Source: Escherichia coli
GTDB lineage: Bacteria > Pseudomonadota > Gammaproteobacteria > Enterobacterales > Enterobacteriaceae
Assembly: GCF_048403405.1 (NCBI RefSeq)
Contig: NZ_CP183129.1
Length of the DNA: 64,000 nucleotides
Strand: one strand, 5' to 3'
Shown here: positions 20,991-32,074 of the stretch, piece after piece
Layout: each line of letters opens with the position of its first letter
How positions within the stretch are numbered: position 1 is the stretch's first letter
Translations under genes and position numbers: made by a program
The notes under the pieces: model-generated
What the model was told of the DNA's origin: nothing
What the model saw: only the letters and a program-made list of their open reading frames with translations
Database searches by the model: none

Positions 20991-21167
20991 TTAACTCAAA
21001 CCGAGTTGCTTCAGGATTGCTTTACGCAATGGTTCTTTTATCTCATCACTGGGGTGACGCGGCATGACACTGCGTCGCCCTTGAAACCTGAGTTTCAAAT
21101 GGTTGCTGCCATTCGCCACATCGACGCCCTGAGATTCGAGCCAACGTCTGAACTCGCTTTGTTTCAC
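20991..21167 (-). CDS. hicA: HicA mRNA interferase toxin
   Basis: 58-codon frame from GTG 21165-21167 to TAA 20991-20993: (M)KQSEFRRWLESQGVDVANGSNHLKLRFQGRRSVMPRHPSDEIKEPLRKAILKQLGLS; below ORF-track cutoff, found by hand. Confidence 0.8.
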   Translation of the reverse strand: MKQSEFRRWLESQGVDVANGSNHLKLRFQGRRSVMPRHPSDEIKEPLRKAILKQLGLS

Positions 21168-21388
21168 ATCACCTCCCTGCCGCTGAGTATATCAACAAAG
21201 TAAACATTAGTGTTTACCTCCGTGTGTAATTTGCTCGAAAATAGCACTAAATCGCCGCAACGGCAGAATGCAATGCAAAATCAGGAAGGAAGATTCCAGA
21301 ATTTCTTTGCGCTAATTTGCAAAACTGAATAATAACCTCAAGAAACGATCGGCATCATAGCGGCAAAAGGTCAGAAAAAGGTGGTGGG

Positions 21389-21619
21389 ATGTTTTCGAAG
21401 GTGTTATCGGTTGTCTTATTAACGTGTGCGCTGTTCTCAGGACAACTCATGGCAGGGCACAAAGGACATGAATTTGTGTGGGTAAAGAATGTGGATCATC
21501 AGCTGCGTCATGAAGCGGACAGCGATGAATTGCGTGCTGTGGCGGAAGAGTCGGCGGAAGGTTTGCGCGAGCATTTTTACTGGCAAAAATCGCGCAAACC
21601 AGAAGCGGGACAGCGTTGA
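21389..21619 (+). CDS. yncJ: small secreted protein YncJ
   Basis: 76 aa ORF with signal peptide MFSKVLSVVLLTCALFSGQLMA. Confidence 0.8.
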   Translation: MFSKVLSVVLLTCALFSGQLMAGHKGHEFVWVKNVDHQLRHEADSDELRAVAEESAEGLREHFYWQKSRKPEAGQR

Positions 21620-21628
21620 GTCATTTGT

Positions 21629-21662
21629 TGCCGGATGCGGCATGACGCCTTACCCGGCAGGC
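21629..21662. repeat. REP (repetitive extragenic palindrome) element
   Basis: TGCCGGATGCGGCATGACGCCTTACCCGGCAGG closely matches REP consensus GCCGGATGCGGCGTGAACGCCTTATCCGGCCTAC; lies between convergent yncJ and ydcP. Confidence 0.6.
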
Positions 21663-21710
21663 AATATCATGCAGATTTGATGAGTTGTGAGTAACCAGAA
21701 AACTGGCGTT

Positions 21711-23672
21711 TTACCCTTTTCGCTTCGGTAAAGTTTTCAGCAGCTCATCCGGACTTACGGATGCCACTACGCTTCCCGGTAACGGCATTTTCAGTATGTG
21801 ATTTTTGATTTTGCCAATGACGTGCATCTCGCATGGGCGGCAATCAAACTTTAGCGTTAACACTTCATCACCGTTAACCAGTTGCATTGGCGTCGCCTTC
21901 CAGCTTTTGATATTGCCTTTCGCCTGTTTCGGGCACAGATTGAAGGCAAAGCGCAGACAATGCTTAGTGATCATCACCGGGACTTCGCCCTTCTCTTCAT
22001 GTGCCTCATACGCCGCGTCAATCAGCTGCACACCATAGCGATGATAAAATTCACGCGCTTTCTGGTTGTATACGTTCGCGAGGAAACTCAGATGCGTTTG
22101 CGGATAAACCGGCGCAGGATCAGCAACCGGTTTACGGCTGCCCCGCTGGTAACAGGCTAGACGTGCAGCATCCAGCATGTCGGCGGCTTCACGGCGGAAC
22201 TGGTTTAACAGACTGTTTGGTACAAACAGCGCCCCGGGCAAATTAATTTGCACATCGCGGGCGTAATAGATGGTTTGCCCCAGTTTTGCCAGACCATCCT
22301 TCAGATTGTTCATTGCTTTTTCGGCGTTATTGGCTTCGTCGAATTGCCCGTCCAGGGTATGCGTGACGCTGACACCCTCTTCACTGGTGAGGGTCAGAAT
22401 CAGTTGTTCCTGCCAGCCGCCCAGTTCAATGTCTACCGCCACCCGACGTTCGCTGGATGTTTTTGTCAGTGCCTGCTGCCAGTTATGATCAAGATTACGG
22501 TTTAGTGGGTGATGCGGGCGAATTTTGTGCAAATCTGCTGGCATTTCATTTGGCCAGACGCGGTACTGATTTTCTCCGGTTTTCTCTACCGTATTGGCAC
22601 GAAAACCGACTACTTCACGTTTAATCATCACGTTCAGGCCATCGCCATTTGCCAGTGGCTCGGTGACGGCAACATCAAGATGATCTTTCGCCACTTTCAA
22701 TACTTCACCCACCGGCAGGCCGATAAATTTCGGCGAATCGAACGCGCCAATATCGCCTTTACGGGCATTCACAAAATAATCTGTGCTACCACGGTGGAAA
22801 GTCTTTTCCGTCGATGGAACAAAGAAATGTTCAGTACGACCTGATGAAGCACGCGCCAGATCGCCACGTTCTTCAATAATGGCATCCAGCATTTGGCGAT
22901 AATGCGCGGTGATATTCTTCACGTAGCTCATATCTTTGTAACGCCCTTCAATCTTGAAGGAGCGCACGCCAGCATCAATCAGCGCGCCAAGGTTGGCAGT
23001 CTGATCGTTATCTTTCATCGACAGCAGATGTTTTTCATAAGAAACCACCCGCCCCTGATCGTCTTTCAATGTGTATGGCAAACGGCATGCCTGCGAGCAA
23101 TCGCCACGGTTGGCGCTACGCCCTGTTTGCGCATGAGAAATGTAGCACTGACCAGAATAGGCCACGCACAATGCACCATGAATAAAGAATTCAATGGTCG
23201 CGTCCGTGGCCTGGTGAATCGCGCGGATCTGCTCAAGATTCAGCTCTCGCGCTAGCACTATCTGCGTGAAACCAACATCAGAGAGGAACTTCGCTTTTTC
23301 TACTGTGCGAATATCGCACTGCGTACTGGCGTGAAGTTCAATCGGCGGAATATCAAGTTCCAGAATCCCCATATCCTGAACAATCAGCGCATCGACGCCA
23401 GTCTGGTAGAGGTCGGTAATCAGCCGTTGCGCAGGTTCCAGCTCATCATCATGCAAAATGGTGTTAAGCGTGACGAAAATTTTTGCACCATAACGATGGG
23501 CAAATGGCACCAGTTCGGCAATATCTTTCAGGCTATTACTGGCATTATGACGGGCACCAAAACCAGGGCCGCCGATATAAACAGCATCGGCACCGTGCAA
23601 AATAGCTTCGCGGGCAATGGCGGCATCGCGTGCCGGGCTTAACAGTTCAAGTCGATGAGAAGATACGGTCAC
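21711..23672 (-). CDS. ydcP: peptidase U32-family protein YdcP (RlhA)
   Basis: Track ORF 21711..23714; start provisionally GTG at 23670-23672 to give 653 aa as I recall for K-12; U32 family Cys-rich C-terminus. Confidence 0.8.
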   Translation of the reverse strand: MTVSSHRLELLSPARDAAIAREAILHGADAVYIGGPGFGARHNASNSLKDIAELVPFAHRYGAKIFVTLNTILHDDELEPAQRLITDLYQTGVDALIVQDMGILELDIPPIELHASTQCDIRTVEKAKFLSDVGFTQIVLARELNLEQIRAIHQATDATIEFFIHGALCVAYSGQCYISHAQTGRSANRGDCSQACRLPYTLKDDQGRVVSYEKHLLSMKDNDQTANLGALIDAGVRSFKIEGRYKDMSYVKNITAHYRQMLDAIIEERGDLARASSGRTEHFFVPSTEKTFHRGSTDYFVNARKGDIGAFDSPKFIGLPVGEVLKVAKDHLDVAVTEPLANGDGLNVMIKREVVGFRANTVEKTGENQYRVWPNEMPADLHKIRPHHPLNRNLDHNWQQALTKTSSERRVAVDIELGGWQEQLILTLTSEEGVSVTHTLDGQFDEANNAEKAMNNLKDGLAKLGQTIYYARDVQINLPGALFVPNSLLNQFRREAADMLDAARLACYQRGSRKPVADPAPVYPQTHLSFLANVYNQKAREFYHRYGVQLIDAAYEAHEEKGEVPVMITKHCLRFAFNLCPKQAKGNIKSWKATPMQLVNGDEVLTLKFDCRPCEMHVIGKIKNHILKMPLPGSVVASVSPDELLKTLPKRKG

Positions 23673-23744
23673 ATTCTTATCCAGTAGCTGAAAAATGGCG
23701 GCTATTTTAGCCACAAGCGCGACGTTGCGAAATAGTTTTCCCGC

Positions 23745-24281
23745 TTAACTGCGTGGGTAATGGATGAGGGAATGAAAATGTACGATTTGCTCCCCACCAT
23801 TACGATAGATATGCGTAACGTCTGCAGCAAATCGAGCGCCTTCTCCACAATTAAGGCTCTGCCATTCACCATCAACGCACAGATCAAGTTGCCCATCAAT
23901 GACGACAACATGTTCGATTACTCCCTTCTCATGGGGCGTCGATTCACTTATTGCACCAGGTGCCATCTGAATCGAGAAGTGTTCAAAGCAGAGTTGTGGA
24001 TCATAAGGAAACAGTGAAGTGATCACCATCGCCTGCTGTTGTGGATCATAAACTGAAGGCGTAGCGGACTGTGGCGGAGAAATAAATGTCGAAAATGGCA
24101 CGTTCAACCCGGTGGCAATTTTCCATAATGTCGCGACCGTCGGGCTGGATTCATTACGCTCAATCTGCCCTAACATCGCTTTAGAAACGCCCGTCGCTTC
24201 TGCCAGTCGCGAAAGACTCCAGCCGCGCTGCTGACGTAGTTGTTTAAGTGTGGTGGATAAAAAGCGAGTGAGATTTTCCAT
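23745..24281 (-). CDS. sutR: XRE-family HTH / cupin regulator SutR (YdcN)
   Basis: 178 aa; N-terminal HTH (RQQRGWSLSRLAEATGVSKAMLGQIER) and C-terminal cupin-like domain. Confidence 0.85.
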   Translation of the reverse strand: MENLTRFLSTTLKQLRQQRGWSLSRLAEATGVSKAMLGQIERNESSPTVATLWKIATGLNVPFSTFISPPQSATPSVYDPQQQAMVITSLFPYDPQLCFEHFSIQMAPGAISESTPHEKGVIEHVVVIDGQLDLCVDGEWQSLNCGEGARFAADVTHIYRNGGEQIVHFHSLIHYPRS

Positions 24282-24372
24282 GTGACTCCTCCGGCAAAGC
24301 GGAAGTTTATCACTTGTGCGTTATAACGGACAAATGCTACGGTGCCTGTATGCTATAACGCACGAGGTGACT

Positions 24373-25545
24373 ATGCGTCTGTTTTCTATTCCTCCACCCA
24401 CGCTACTGGCGGGGTTTCTGGCGGTATTAATTGGCTACGCCAGTTCAGCGGCAATAATCTGGCAAGCAGCGATTGTCGCCGGAGCCACCACTGCACAAAT
24501 CTCTGGCTGGATGACGGCGCTGGGGCTGGCAATGGGCGTCAGTACGCTGGCTCTGACATTATGGTATCGCGTACCTGTTCTCACCGCATGGTCAACGCCT
24601 GGCGCGGCTTTGTTGGTCACCGGATTACAGGGACTAACACTTAACGAAGCCATCGGCGTTTTTATTGTCACCAACGCGTTAATAGTCCTCTGCGGCATAA
24701 CGGGACTCTTTGCTCGTCTGATGCGCATTATTCCGCACTCGCTTGCGGCGGCAATGCTTGCCGGGATTTTATTACGCTTTGGTTTACAGGCGTTTGCCAG
24801 TCTGGATGATCAATTTACGTTGTGTGGCAGTATGTTGCTGGTATGGCTGGCAACCAGGGCCGTTGCGCCGCGCTATGCGGTAATTGCCGCGATGATTATT
24901 GGGATCGTCATCGTTATCGCGCAAGGTGACGTTGTCACAAATGATGTTGTCTTTAAACCCGTTCTCCCCACTTATATTACCCCTGATTTTTCGTTTGCTC
25001 ACAGTCTGAGCGTTGCACTCCCCCTTTTTCTGGTGACGATGGCATCGCAAAACGCACCGGGTATCGCAGCAATGAAAGCTGCCGGGTATTCGGCTCCTGT
25101 TTCGCCGTTGATTGTGTTTACTGGATTGCTGGCGCTTGTTTTTTCCCCTTTCGGCGTTTATTCCGTCGGTATTGCGGCAATCACCGCAGCTATTTGTCAA
25201 AGCCCGGAAGCGCATCCAGATAAAGATCAACGTTGGCTGGCAGCTGCCGTTGCCGGCATTTTTTATTTGCTCGCAGGTCTTTTTGGTAGTGCTATTACCG
25301 GGATGATGGCTGCCCTGCCCGTAAGTTGGATCCAGATGCTGGCAGGTCTGGCGCTGTTAAGTACCATTGGCGGCAGTTTGTATCAGGCGCTGCATAATGA
25401 GCGTGAGCGAGACGCGGCGGTGGTGGCATTTCTGGTAACGGCAAGTGGATTGACGCTGGTCGGGATTGGTTCTGCGTTCTGGGGATTAATTGCCGGAGGC
25501 GTTTGTTACGTGGTGTTGAATTTAATCGCTCACAGAAACCGATAA
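24373..25545 (+). CDS. ydcO: BenE-family inner membrane transporter YdcO
   Basis: Track ORF 24316..25545 trimmed to ATG 24373 (MRLFSIPPPTLLAGFLAVLIGY..), 390 aa, highly hydrophobic. Confidence 0.85.
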   Translation: MRLFSIPPPTLLAGFLAVLIGYASSAAIIWQAAIVAGATTAQISGWMTALGLAMGVSTLALTLWYRVPVLTAWSTPGAALLVTGLQGLTLNEAIGVFIVTNALIVLCGITGLFARLMRIIPHSLAAAMLAGILLRFGLQAFASLDDQFTLCGSMLLVWLATRAVAPRYAVIAAMIIGIVIVIAQGDVVTNDVVFKPVLPTYITPDFSFAHSLSVALPLFLVTMASQNAPGIAAMKAAGYSAPVSPLIVFTGLLALVFSPFGVYSVGIAAITAAICQSPEAHPDKDQRWLAAAVAGIFYLLAGLFGSAITGMMAALPVSWIQMLAGLALLSTIGGSLYQALHNERERDAAVVAFLVTASGLTLVGIGSAFWGLIAGGVCYVVLNLIAHRNR

Positions 25546-25579
25546 TAAAAAGCGCCATCTTACGATGGCGCGGCTGGAA

Positions 25580-26248
25580 TTACTTTTTGTTAACGTCAAA
25601 CATAGTGGCATCGGTCGCCATGTCATCAATAACTTGTTTAATATTTTCGAAAGCCATTGGCGTACTTTCGTTATTCAGGTCTTTACCTTCGCCCTGACGA
25701 ACGACTTTGATAACCGGTTTATTAGTCGCTGCATCAATCAGCTCACCTTCAAAATAGAGGCGAGTATCCATGGTACGGTGGCCTGTAGCCATTTGCGTCC
25801 CCGCAACCACTAATGCAACAGGAACCACTTCATAGAATTGCAGCCCTTCTTTGCTGGTATCTACACCGGTAATGGCCCCACGGAAAATCAGACTACGCGG
25901 CCCAGCGGTGGTAACCAGTGGTTTACGCTGCGCTATCGCTTCTTTCATTTCGGTGTTGGTATAGTTCAAAATTTTATCCAGAACTTTCTGCCCTACCTGG
26001 GTAGAAGGTTTTGGCACCGGATAATAAGTGATTGGGTTCCAGACGATGCTGTCATATTTGCTTTGATCAAAACTCGGGTCTACCCAACGTAAAACAGGTT
26101 TACCTGTTGCTGAGGTTGTTTCTTTTAAATCAGAGTAATTGTTTAAAAAACCAGAATATTTATCTGGCTGGGTGATTTTAGAGGCACAACCAGACAGAGC
26201 CAACAAGCCGCATAAAGCTGCAACTTTCGCAAATGATGTAGTACGCAT
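25580..26248 (-). CDS. ydcL: lipoprotein YdcL
   Basis: 222 aa with lipobox LLALSGC in the signal peptide. Confidence 0.85.
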   Translation of the reverse strand: MRTTSFAKVAALCGLLALSGCASKITQPDKYSGFLNNYSDLKETTSATGKPVLRWVDPSFDQSKYDSIVWNPITYYPVPKPSTQVGQKVLDKILNYTNTEMKEAIAQRKPLVTTAGPRSLIFRGAITGVDTSKEGLQFYEVVPVALVVAGTQMATGHRTMDTRLYFEGELIDAATNKPVIKVVRQGEGKDLNNESTPMAFENIKQVIDDMATDATMFDVNKK

Positions 26249-26550
26249 GAATAGTTTCCTGAGATGATTATATTACTTTCTAAGTTATAGCAAAAAGCGC
26301 CGCTTCGTGTTGTGGCAAAAAAAGTGTTGGTGAAAATAAATTTTTTAGCCCCTTTTCAGACGACATAGTCAATGCCGAAAAAGGGGCTAAGTCAATCATC
26401 AGTAGTTAAATTTCAGTAAGTTAAGCGGCTAAAAAACTTCGACTACTGTGATTGATTTCACATCCCTTCGATAAAAAATATGCTTACCGAAAAGAAGAAC
26501 AGTAAACCATCTCAGCGTGGGGAATTTTCACGCGCTTTGTTCTTACCGGA

Positions 26551-27144
26551 TCATTTTTTACGTGCCAGCATCGTGGCGAAACGCAGTTTAATACGATTAC
26601 CGTTGGCGTCGGTGCGGTGCAGCTCGCCGACGTCTTCATTGTATTTCACCCTCTCCCAGCCTTCGTAATATCGACGTAATTCTCCCTCTTTGAAGGCAAA
26701 CGGGAAGCCGACGGTACATGGATAATCAGCGGTATCCATCGCCGCCACAATCAGGTTGTAACCGCCAGGTTTAGTGCAACGTTGCATATTGGCAATCAGC
26801 CCTGGGATGGTTTTAGCCTCAAGGAACATCAGCACCACAGTCGAAAGAATAAAATCGTATTGCCCATCAAACGTGAGGTTATTCAGATCAACGACCCGGG
26901 TGTGTAAATTATCCAGATTTTCAATGGATTTAATGCGCTCGACGTTGGCGATACTCATGGCATTTTTATCCCATGCGTCAACTTCATAACCATTGGCTGC
27001 CAGGTAAAGACTGTTACGACCATTGCCACAGCCCAGATCCAGCGTTTTACCGGGTTTAACCACTTTCACCGCTTCCAGTACTTCAGAGTGTGTGCGGGTT
27101 AATTCATACTTATCAGTAAAATAGTTTTCGTCACGAATGATCAT
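26551..27144 (-). CDS. tehB: tellurite methyltransferase TehB (SAM-dependent)
   Basis: 197 aa; SAM motif [15 protein letters not shown]; overlaps tehA stop by 4 nt. Confidence 0.92.
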   Translation of the reverse strand: MIIRDENYFTDKYELTRTHSEVLEAVKVVKPGKTLDLGCGNGRNSLYLAANGYEVDAWDKNAMSIANVERIKSIENLDNLHTRVVDLNNLTFDGQYDFILSTVVLMFLEAKTIPGLIANMQRCTKPGGYNLIVAAMDTADYPCTVGFPFAFKEGELRRYYEGWERVKYNEDVGELHRTDANGNRIKLRFATMLARKK

Positions 27145-28133
27145 TCTTTGTCCTCTGCTTTCATTAAAACGGCGCGCTCGGTTCTGATTAACAATTTTCC
27201 TTGCATCAGAAGCGCAAAAGTACGGATGAGCAGTATTGCAATAATAAAATTGGTAAAGATAAACAGCGGCACCGCCAGCGTATGGAAAAATCCATTATCG
27301 CTGCCACTCCCCAGATGCAAACCGGTGGTTGCCAGTGCAGATACGCCGAACGAGAAACTCCAGAATGAAGCATTAAATGGCTGGGAGAGATACCATGGCA
27401 TCAGACGTAGCATAAACAGCAGTTGCAGCAGCCCATAACCGAAAAGCATTTTCGCCAGCGTGTCACCCTCGCCGCCGTTGACGCTCAGCCAGGCACTACA
27501 GGCCACGAGCGCAGGAGCGAGCTGAATGCCGAGTGATGTCCGCAGCGCCGTGGGTAATTCTCCCGAACTGCGCAGACGCTGCAAGATCACCGGTTCCAGG
27601 CTTAACCATGAGAAAACGCCTGCGCCTAAAAACACCAGACCGGCGTCGGTGTAGCCCAATGCACCACAGGCCATTGCGCTGATAAAGTTGTTGGCAACTG
27701 TCGGCAGATACAGTCCAGGCGTGGTAGCTTCTTCAGGGTGAGATCCGCGCCATAATCCCGCAGTTTGCCATGCGGCATAAGCCAGTTGCACCACGACACC
27801 AAAACTGAACAGGCACACCGCCAGTGGGCGAAACCACGGAACAAAACCAATCGCCACCAGCATCGTCGTTGCCGGAAACAAACTCACAAAACTGCTCAGC
27901 ACTGGATGGCGCACTTCCGCCAGCACGCTATGCGGAAAGCGTATGAGTCGGGTAATAAATGCGCCAGTCAATAATCCCCAGATGATCATCGCCAGAATCA
28001 CCAGCCCATCCCCTAACCAGTGGCTGACCTGCCAAACCTGGCTGGCATAGCGCCAGGCAAATCCCATCCCTATCGTCCCCAACACAATACCAAAATAGCC
28101 TGCCGGCAAATTGAGCACTTTATCGCTCTGCAT
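27141..28133 (-). CDS. tehA: tellurite resistance / C4-dicarboxylate transporter family protein TehA
   Basis: Track ORF 27141..28241 trimmed to ATG 28133 ([27 protein letters not shown]..), 330 aa, polytopic. Confidence 0.9.
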   Translation of the reverse strand: MQSDKVLNLPAGYFGIVLGTIGMGFAWRYASQVWQVSHWLGDGLVILAMIIWGLLTGAFITRLIRFPHSVLAEVRHPVLSSFVSLFPATTMLVAIGFVPWFRPLAVCLFSFGVVVQLAYAAWQTAGLWRGSHPEEATTPGLYLPTVANNFISAMACGALGYTDAGLVFLGAGVFSWLSLEPVILQRLRSSGELPTALRTSLGIQLAPALVACSAWLSVNGGEGDTLAKMLFGYGLLQLLFMLRLMPWYLSQPFNASFWSFSFGVSALATTGLHLGSGSDNGFFHTLAVPLFIFTNFIIAILLIRTFALLMQGKLLIRTERAVLMKAEDKE

Positions 28134-28256
28134 CTTCTTACTCATTTTGTTTAATTTATAAAGTATATTTGAAATGCATTTTATGGAATTTTCTCGAGCA
28201 TAGCCAGAGCCGCAGAATTTGCTACGGTTATAGTAAGTCACCTGTGGGAAAACGCT

Positions 28257-29237
28257 ATGCGCAAATATCGTCTAAGTGAAGAACAGCGAGCCTTTAGTTA
28301 TCAGGAAGATGGCACTAAAAAAAATGTGTTATTACGGCAGATTATCGCCATTAGCGATTTTAACGATGTGATAGCAGGAACCGCTGGCGGCTGGATCGAT
28401 CGCGAAACGGTGTTAGCACAGGAAGGAAATTGCTGGATTTACGACCAGAATGCTATTGCGTTCGGCGGAACGGTGATTTCCGGTAATACGCGTATCACCG
28501 GCACCAGCGTGCTGTGGGGAGAGGTTTACGCAACGGATAACGTCTGGATCGATAATAGTGAAATCAGCCAGGGTGCATATATAAGTGACAGTGTCACCAT
28601 TCATGACTCATTAGTTTACGGGCAATGTAGAATATTTGGTCACGCCTTAATTGATCAACATTCTATGATCGTCGCCGCACAAGGCTTAACGCCCGACCAT
28701 CAACTCCTGCTACAAATTTATGATCGCGCAAGGGTTAGCGCCTCGCGTATTGTTCACCAGGCACAAATTTATGGCGATGCCGTCGTCCGGTATGCTTTTA
28801 TTGAACATCGCGCCGAAGTTTTTGATTTTGCCAGCGTTGAAGGTAATGAAGAGAACAACGTCTGGCTATGCGATTGCGCTAAAGTCTACGGTCACGCGCA
28901 GGTGAAAGCTGGCATAGAAGAAGATGCCATTCCGACGATTCATTACAGTTCGCAGGTGGCGGAATATGCCATTGTGGAAGGTAATTGTGTGTTAAAACAT
29001 CATGTCTTGATTGGCGGAAATGCCGTGGTACGTGGCGGACCGATTCTGCTCGACGAGCACGTTGTAATACAAGGTGAGAGCCGTATTACAGGTGCGGTGA
29101 TAATTGAAAAACATGTGGAGTTAACCGACCACGCCGTCGTTGAAGCCTTTGATGGCGACACGGTTCATGTCCGTGGTCCAAAAGTCATTAACGGCGAGGA
29201 GCGCATTACGCGAACGCCGCTGGCAGGGTTATTGTGA
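28257..29237 (+). CDS. ydcK: uncharacterised protein YdcK (left-handed beta-helix repeats)
   Basis: 326 aa with repeated hexapeptide-like segments; K-12 synteny. Confidence 0.85.
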   Translation: MRKYRLSEEQRAFSYQEDGTKKNVLLRQIIAISDFNDVIAGTAGGWIDRETVLAQEGNCWIYDQNAIAFGGTVISGNTRITGTSVLWGEVYATDNVWIDNSEISQGAYISDSVTIHDSLVYGQCRIFGHALIDQHSMIVAAQGLTPDHQLLLQIYDRARVSASRIVHQAQIYGDAVVRYAFIEHRAEVFDFASVEGNEENNVWLCDCAKVYGHAQVKAGIEEDAIPTIHYSSQVAEYAIVEGNCVLKHHVLIGGNAVVRGGPILLDEHVVIQGESRITGAVIIEKHVELTDHAVVEAFDGDTVHVRGPKVINGEERITRTPLAGLL

Positions 29238-29768
29238 ATCGATAATACGCGCGTATAAGTTCACATCATCATAGGCATCATTCAGGAACTCAGCCTGTTT
29301 CAGACAACCTTCAAGGATAAAACCATTGCGCAAAGCGACCTGGTTGCTTTGCGGATTGTCCACCCGACATTTGATCACGAAGCGTCTAAGTTCACCAGAC
29401 TGAGCGTAATGATGAATCAATGCCTGCAGCGCCTGAGAAATGATCCCCTGCCCCTGATGAGATTCGTCCAGCCAGTAGCCGATTTCAGCGGTTTTATTCA
29501 GTGGTTCAATACGATTAAACGAGATAACGCCGATAAGTTCATCTTCTTTGAAAATCATGAACATTTTGGCATATCCGCGTTGATGCAACATTACATTGCC
29601 CTGCACCGTTTTTCGCGTGTCCTCTTCACTTTGAACAAACTGCGGCCAGTTTAGCGACTGCTGTAACCAGGTTCTATTTTTACAGATTAACTGATAAAGA
29701 GGTGTGACATGACTTTCTGCAACAGCATGTAATTCAAGTGATTCACTTACTTTTATCGTTTCGGTCAT
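29229..29768 (-). CDS. rimL: ribosomal protein L7/L12 serine N-acetyltransferase
   Basis: Track ORF 29229..29783 trimmed to ATG 29768 ([16 protein letters not shown]..), 179 aa GNAT fold. Confidence 0.9.
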   Translation of the reverse strand: MTETIKVSESLELHAVAESHVTPLYQLICKNRTWLQQSLNWPQFVQSEEDTRKTVQGNVMLHQRGYAKMFMIFKEDELIGVISFNRIEPLNKTAEIGYWLDESHQGQGIISQALQALIHHYAQSGELRRFVIKCRVDNPQSNQVALRNGFILEGCLKQAEFLNDAYDDVNLYARIIDSQ

Positions 29769-29797
29769 CTTATCTCCAGTCAATCCATGCAGTTGTT

Positions 29798-29822
29798 AAA
29801 AAAGCCGCCTGGCTGGCGGCTT
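29798..29822 (-). terminator. rho-independent terminator of ydcH
   Basis: GCCGCC-tggct-GGCGGC followed on the minus strand by TTTTTT. Confidence 0.6.
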
Positions 29823-29830
29823 AGGAAAGT

Positions 29831-30061
29831 TTACACCTCTTTGACGCTCTCCTGCTGCAGGATTTTGAGCATCTCATCTTTTAACTGTAGCTTTTGTTTT
29901 TTCATGCGGACCACTTCCGCATTGTACCCTCGACCGTCGGAACCTTCCTTTCTGGCAATTTCATGATCAAGTTTATTGTGTTTATCGAACAAGGACATAA
30001 AGCGAGGATTTTCGTTTTTCAGACGGGATATTAAATCTCGGTATTCTGGAAACATACGCAC
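29831..30061 (-). CDS. ydcH: small protein YdcH (DUF465-like)
   Basis: 76-codon ORF MRMFPEYRDLISRLKNENPRF..; start may be the second Met. Confidence 0.8.
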   Translation of the reverse strand: MRMFPEYRDLISRLKNENPRFMSLFDKHNKLDHEIARKEGSDGRGYNAEVVRMKKQKLQLKDEMLKILQQESVKEV

Positions 30062-30194
30062 TCCCTGTTAGTGGCTGACAAGGTGTATCTGAAATACACA
30101 CTATCAGATTACTCATTTAACTTAGGGAAAAATGCGAGCGGGATCGTGTTTAACCAGACGGCACCTCCCGAAGAAGGTGCCGAAGAAAAAACGA

Positions 30195-31850
30195 TTAACT
30201 CATCACGCGGTCGTCAACATACTGACGTTTATCCGGCGCTGGCGGGAAATACTGATACAGCCATGTTTCACTGATAGCGTCGCCCTGACAACGCAGATAC
30301 ATCCGCATATCGACCGGATCAGTGGAGTCCGAAGTCGGATACCAGTCAAACTGAATACGATAACCATCAATGGGTTCAATATAGAGAATTTCGATTTGCT
30401 TCGCTTCCCCACTGGAAAGCGTAATCACCGGCTCAATGCCTTTTGGTGCGGCAGCTTTCAGATCACCACCAACGAAATCGACGGCAAAACGACGCGCCCA
30501 TTTTTCGGGATAGTGTTCACCTGGCGCCCAACCTTCCGGGAAACCGCCCATGCCGGTACGCGTCGCCATAACGCGCGCTAATGGGCAATGAACAGGCGGT
30601 TGCGCACTCCAGTACAGACGATACTGGAATGCAAACTCATCACCCGCTTTTACAGCTTTTTCTGGCTGCCAGAAGCAGACAATGTTATCCAGCGTTTCGC
30701 CCGTTGTTGGGATTTCCATCAGGCCGATGGTGCCCTTACCCCACTTGTTACGCGGTTCCACCCACAGACTTGGGCGTTTGTTATACCAGCCCATAATGTC
30801 CTGATAATGAGAGAAATCACGATCCAGTTGCAATAGACCAAACCCTTTCGGGTTGTTGTCGGTGTAAGCATTGAACTGCAATTTTTGCGGATTATTCAGC
30901 GGACGGCAAATCCACTCGCCATTGCCCCGCCACATGGACAGACGATCTGAGTCATGGATTTGCGGATGAATGGTGTCGCACATCCGACGTTCATTAGTAC
31001 CGCAGCTGAACATGCTGGTCATCGGCGCAATGCCCAGCTGTTTAATGTCTTTGCGCGCATACAGGTGATTTTCCACATCCATAATCACCTGACTTTTCTC
31101 ACAATGGATAGTGAACTTATAGGCACCAGTAATGCTGGCGCTATCGAGCAACGCATAAACGGTAAAGGTGGTTGCCCCCGGTTTTACCGTATCAAACCAG
31201 AAGGCAGTAAAGTCGGGGAACTCTTCTTTACTGTCGGTGTAAGTGTCGATCGCCAGGCCGCGAGCCGACAAACCGTATTGATATGTATCATCAACCGCGC
31301 GGAAATAACTCGCGCCGAGGAATGATACGACATCACGGCGCGCCAGTTCGGGGGCTTTAAACACGCGAAAACCGGCAAAACCGAGATCGCTTTGCCCTTC
31401 TAATTGTTTGGTATCAACACCCGCATCGTTGTATTTGAACAACTCCGGGCGAAAGTGAATTTCACGCGCCAGATGTGTTGCGGGATCAACAGAAAACATA
31501 CGAACGCGGCGACGGAATCCCATTCCCATATGGAAGAACTGAGCGTCCAGTTGACGGTTCTCAACGTTATGCCAGAGCGATTTTTCGGCGTCGTATTGAA
31601 TACTGTTATAAGCCTGCGGCGTCATTGTCGCCAGAGTGTCAGGTAACGGACGCGGCGCACCACGCCACGCGGTTTGCGCTAAGTCGTGCGCCATTGACTG
31701 TAGAATGGAGAAGTCAAAACGCTGGGTTTGCCCGTCGGCGATATCAGAATCTGCCGCGAATGCCGCCTGAGAAAAAAGAGAAGCAATGCCGCTGGTACCG
31801 CACACGGCGGCCATAGCCATTGAACCTTTAATAAATCGTCTACGATCCAT
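30195..31850 (-). CDS. opgD: glucans biosynthesis protein D (periplasmic, Tat-exported)
   Basis: 551 aa; twin-arginine signal [32 protein letters not shown]. Confidence 0.92.
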   Translation of the reverse strand: MDRRRFIKGSMAMAAVCGTSGIASLFSQAAFAADSDIADGQTQRFDFSILQSMAHDLAQTAWRGAPRPLPDTLATMTPQAYNSIQYDAEKSLWHNVENRQLDAQFFHMGMGFRRRVRMFSVDPATHLAREIHFRPELFKYNDAGVDTKQLEGQSDLGFAGFRVFKAPELARRDVVSFLGASYFRAVDDTYQYGLSARGLAIDTYTDSKEEFPDFTAFWFDTVKPGATTFTVYALLDSASITGAYKFTIHCEKSQVIMDVENHLYARKDIKQLGIAPMTSMFSCGTNERRMCDTIHPQIHDSDRLSMWRGNGEWICRPLNNPQKLQFNAYTDNNPKGFGLLQLDRDFSHYQDIMGWYNKRPSLWVEPRNKWGKGTIGLMEIPTTGETLDNIVCFWQPEKAVKAGDEFAFQYRLYWSAQPPVHCPLARVMATRTGMGGFPEGWAPGEHYPEKWARRFAVDFVGGDLKAAAPKGIEPVITLSSGEAKQIEILYIEPIDGYRIQFDWYPTSDSTDPVDMRMYLRCQGDAISETWLYQYFPPAPDKRQYVDDRVMS

Positions 31851-32074
31851 ACCTGAAAGTGAGTCCTTCTGGTGTTGTGAATGGTCCCGCGCTGGTCGTT
31901 TTCAGCGGCAAGAAAGTGCTTATTTATGACCGCTCACTCTAGACAATATTTATTAATAATCCAATTGTTGAACTCAGAGAATATGCATTAATCGGCAATT
32001 TTTTTATGTCGATGGGATGAGCCTGATTCGTTTGTAAAATCAGGCAAATTTTTGCAAAGGCGGATGGTCAGAAT

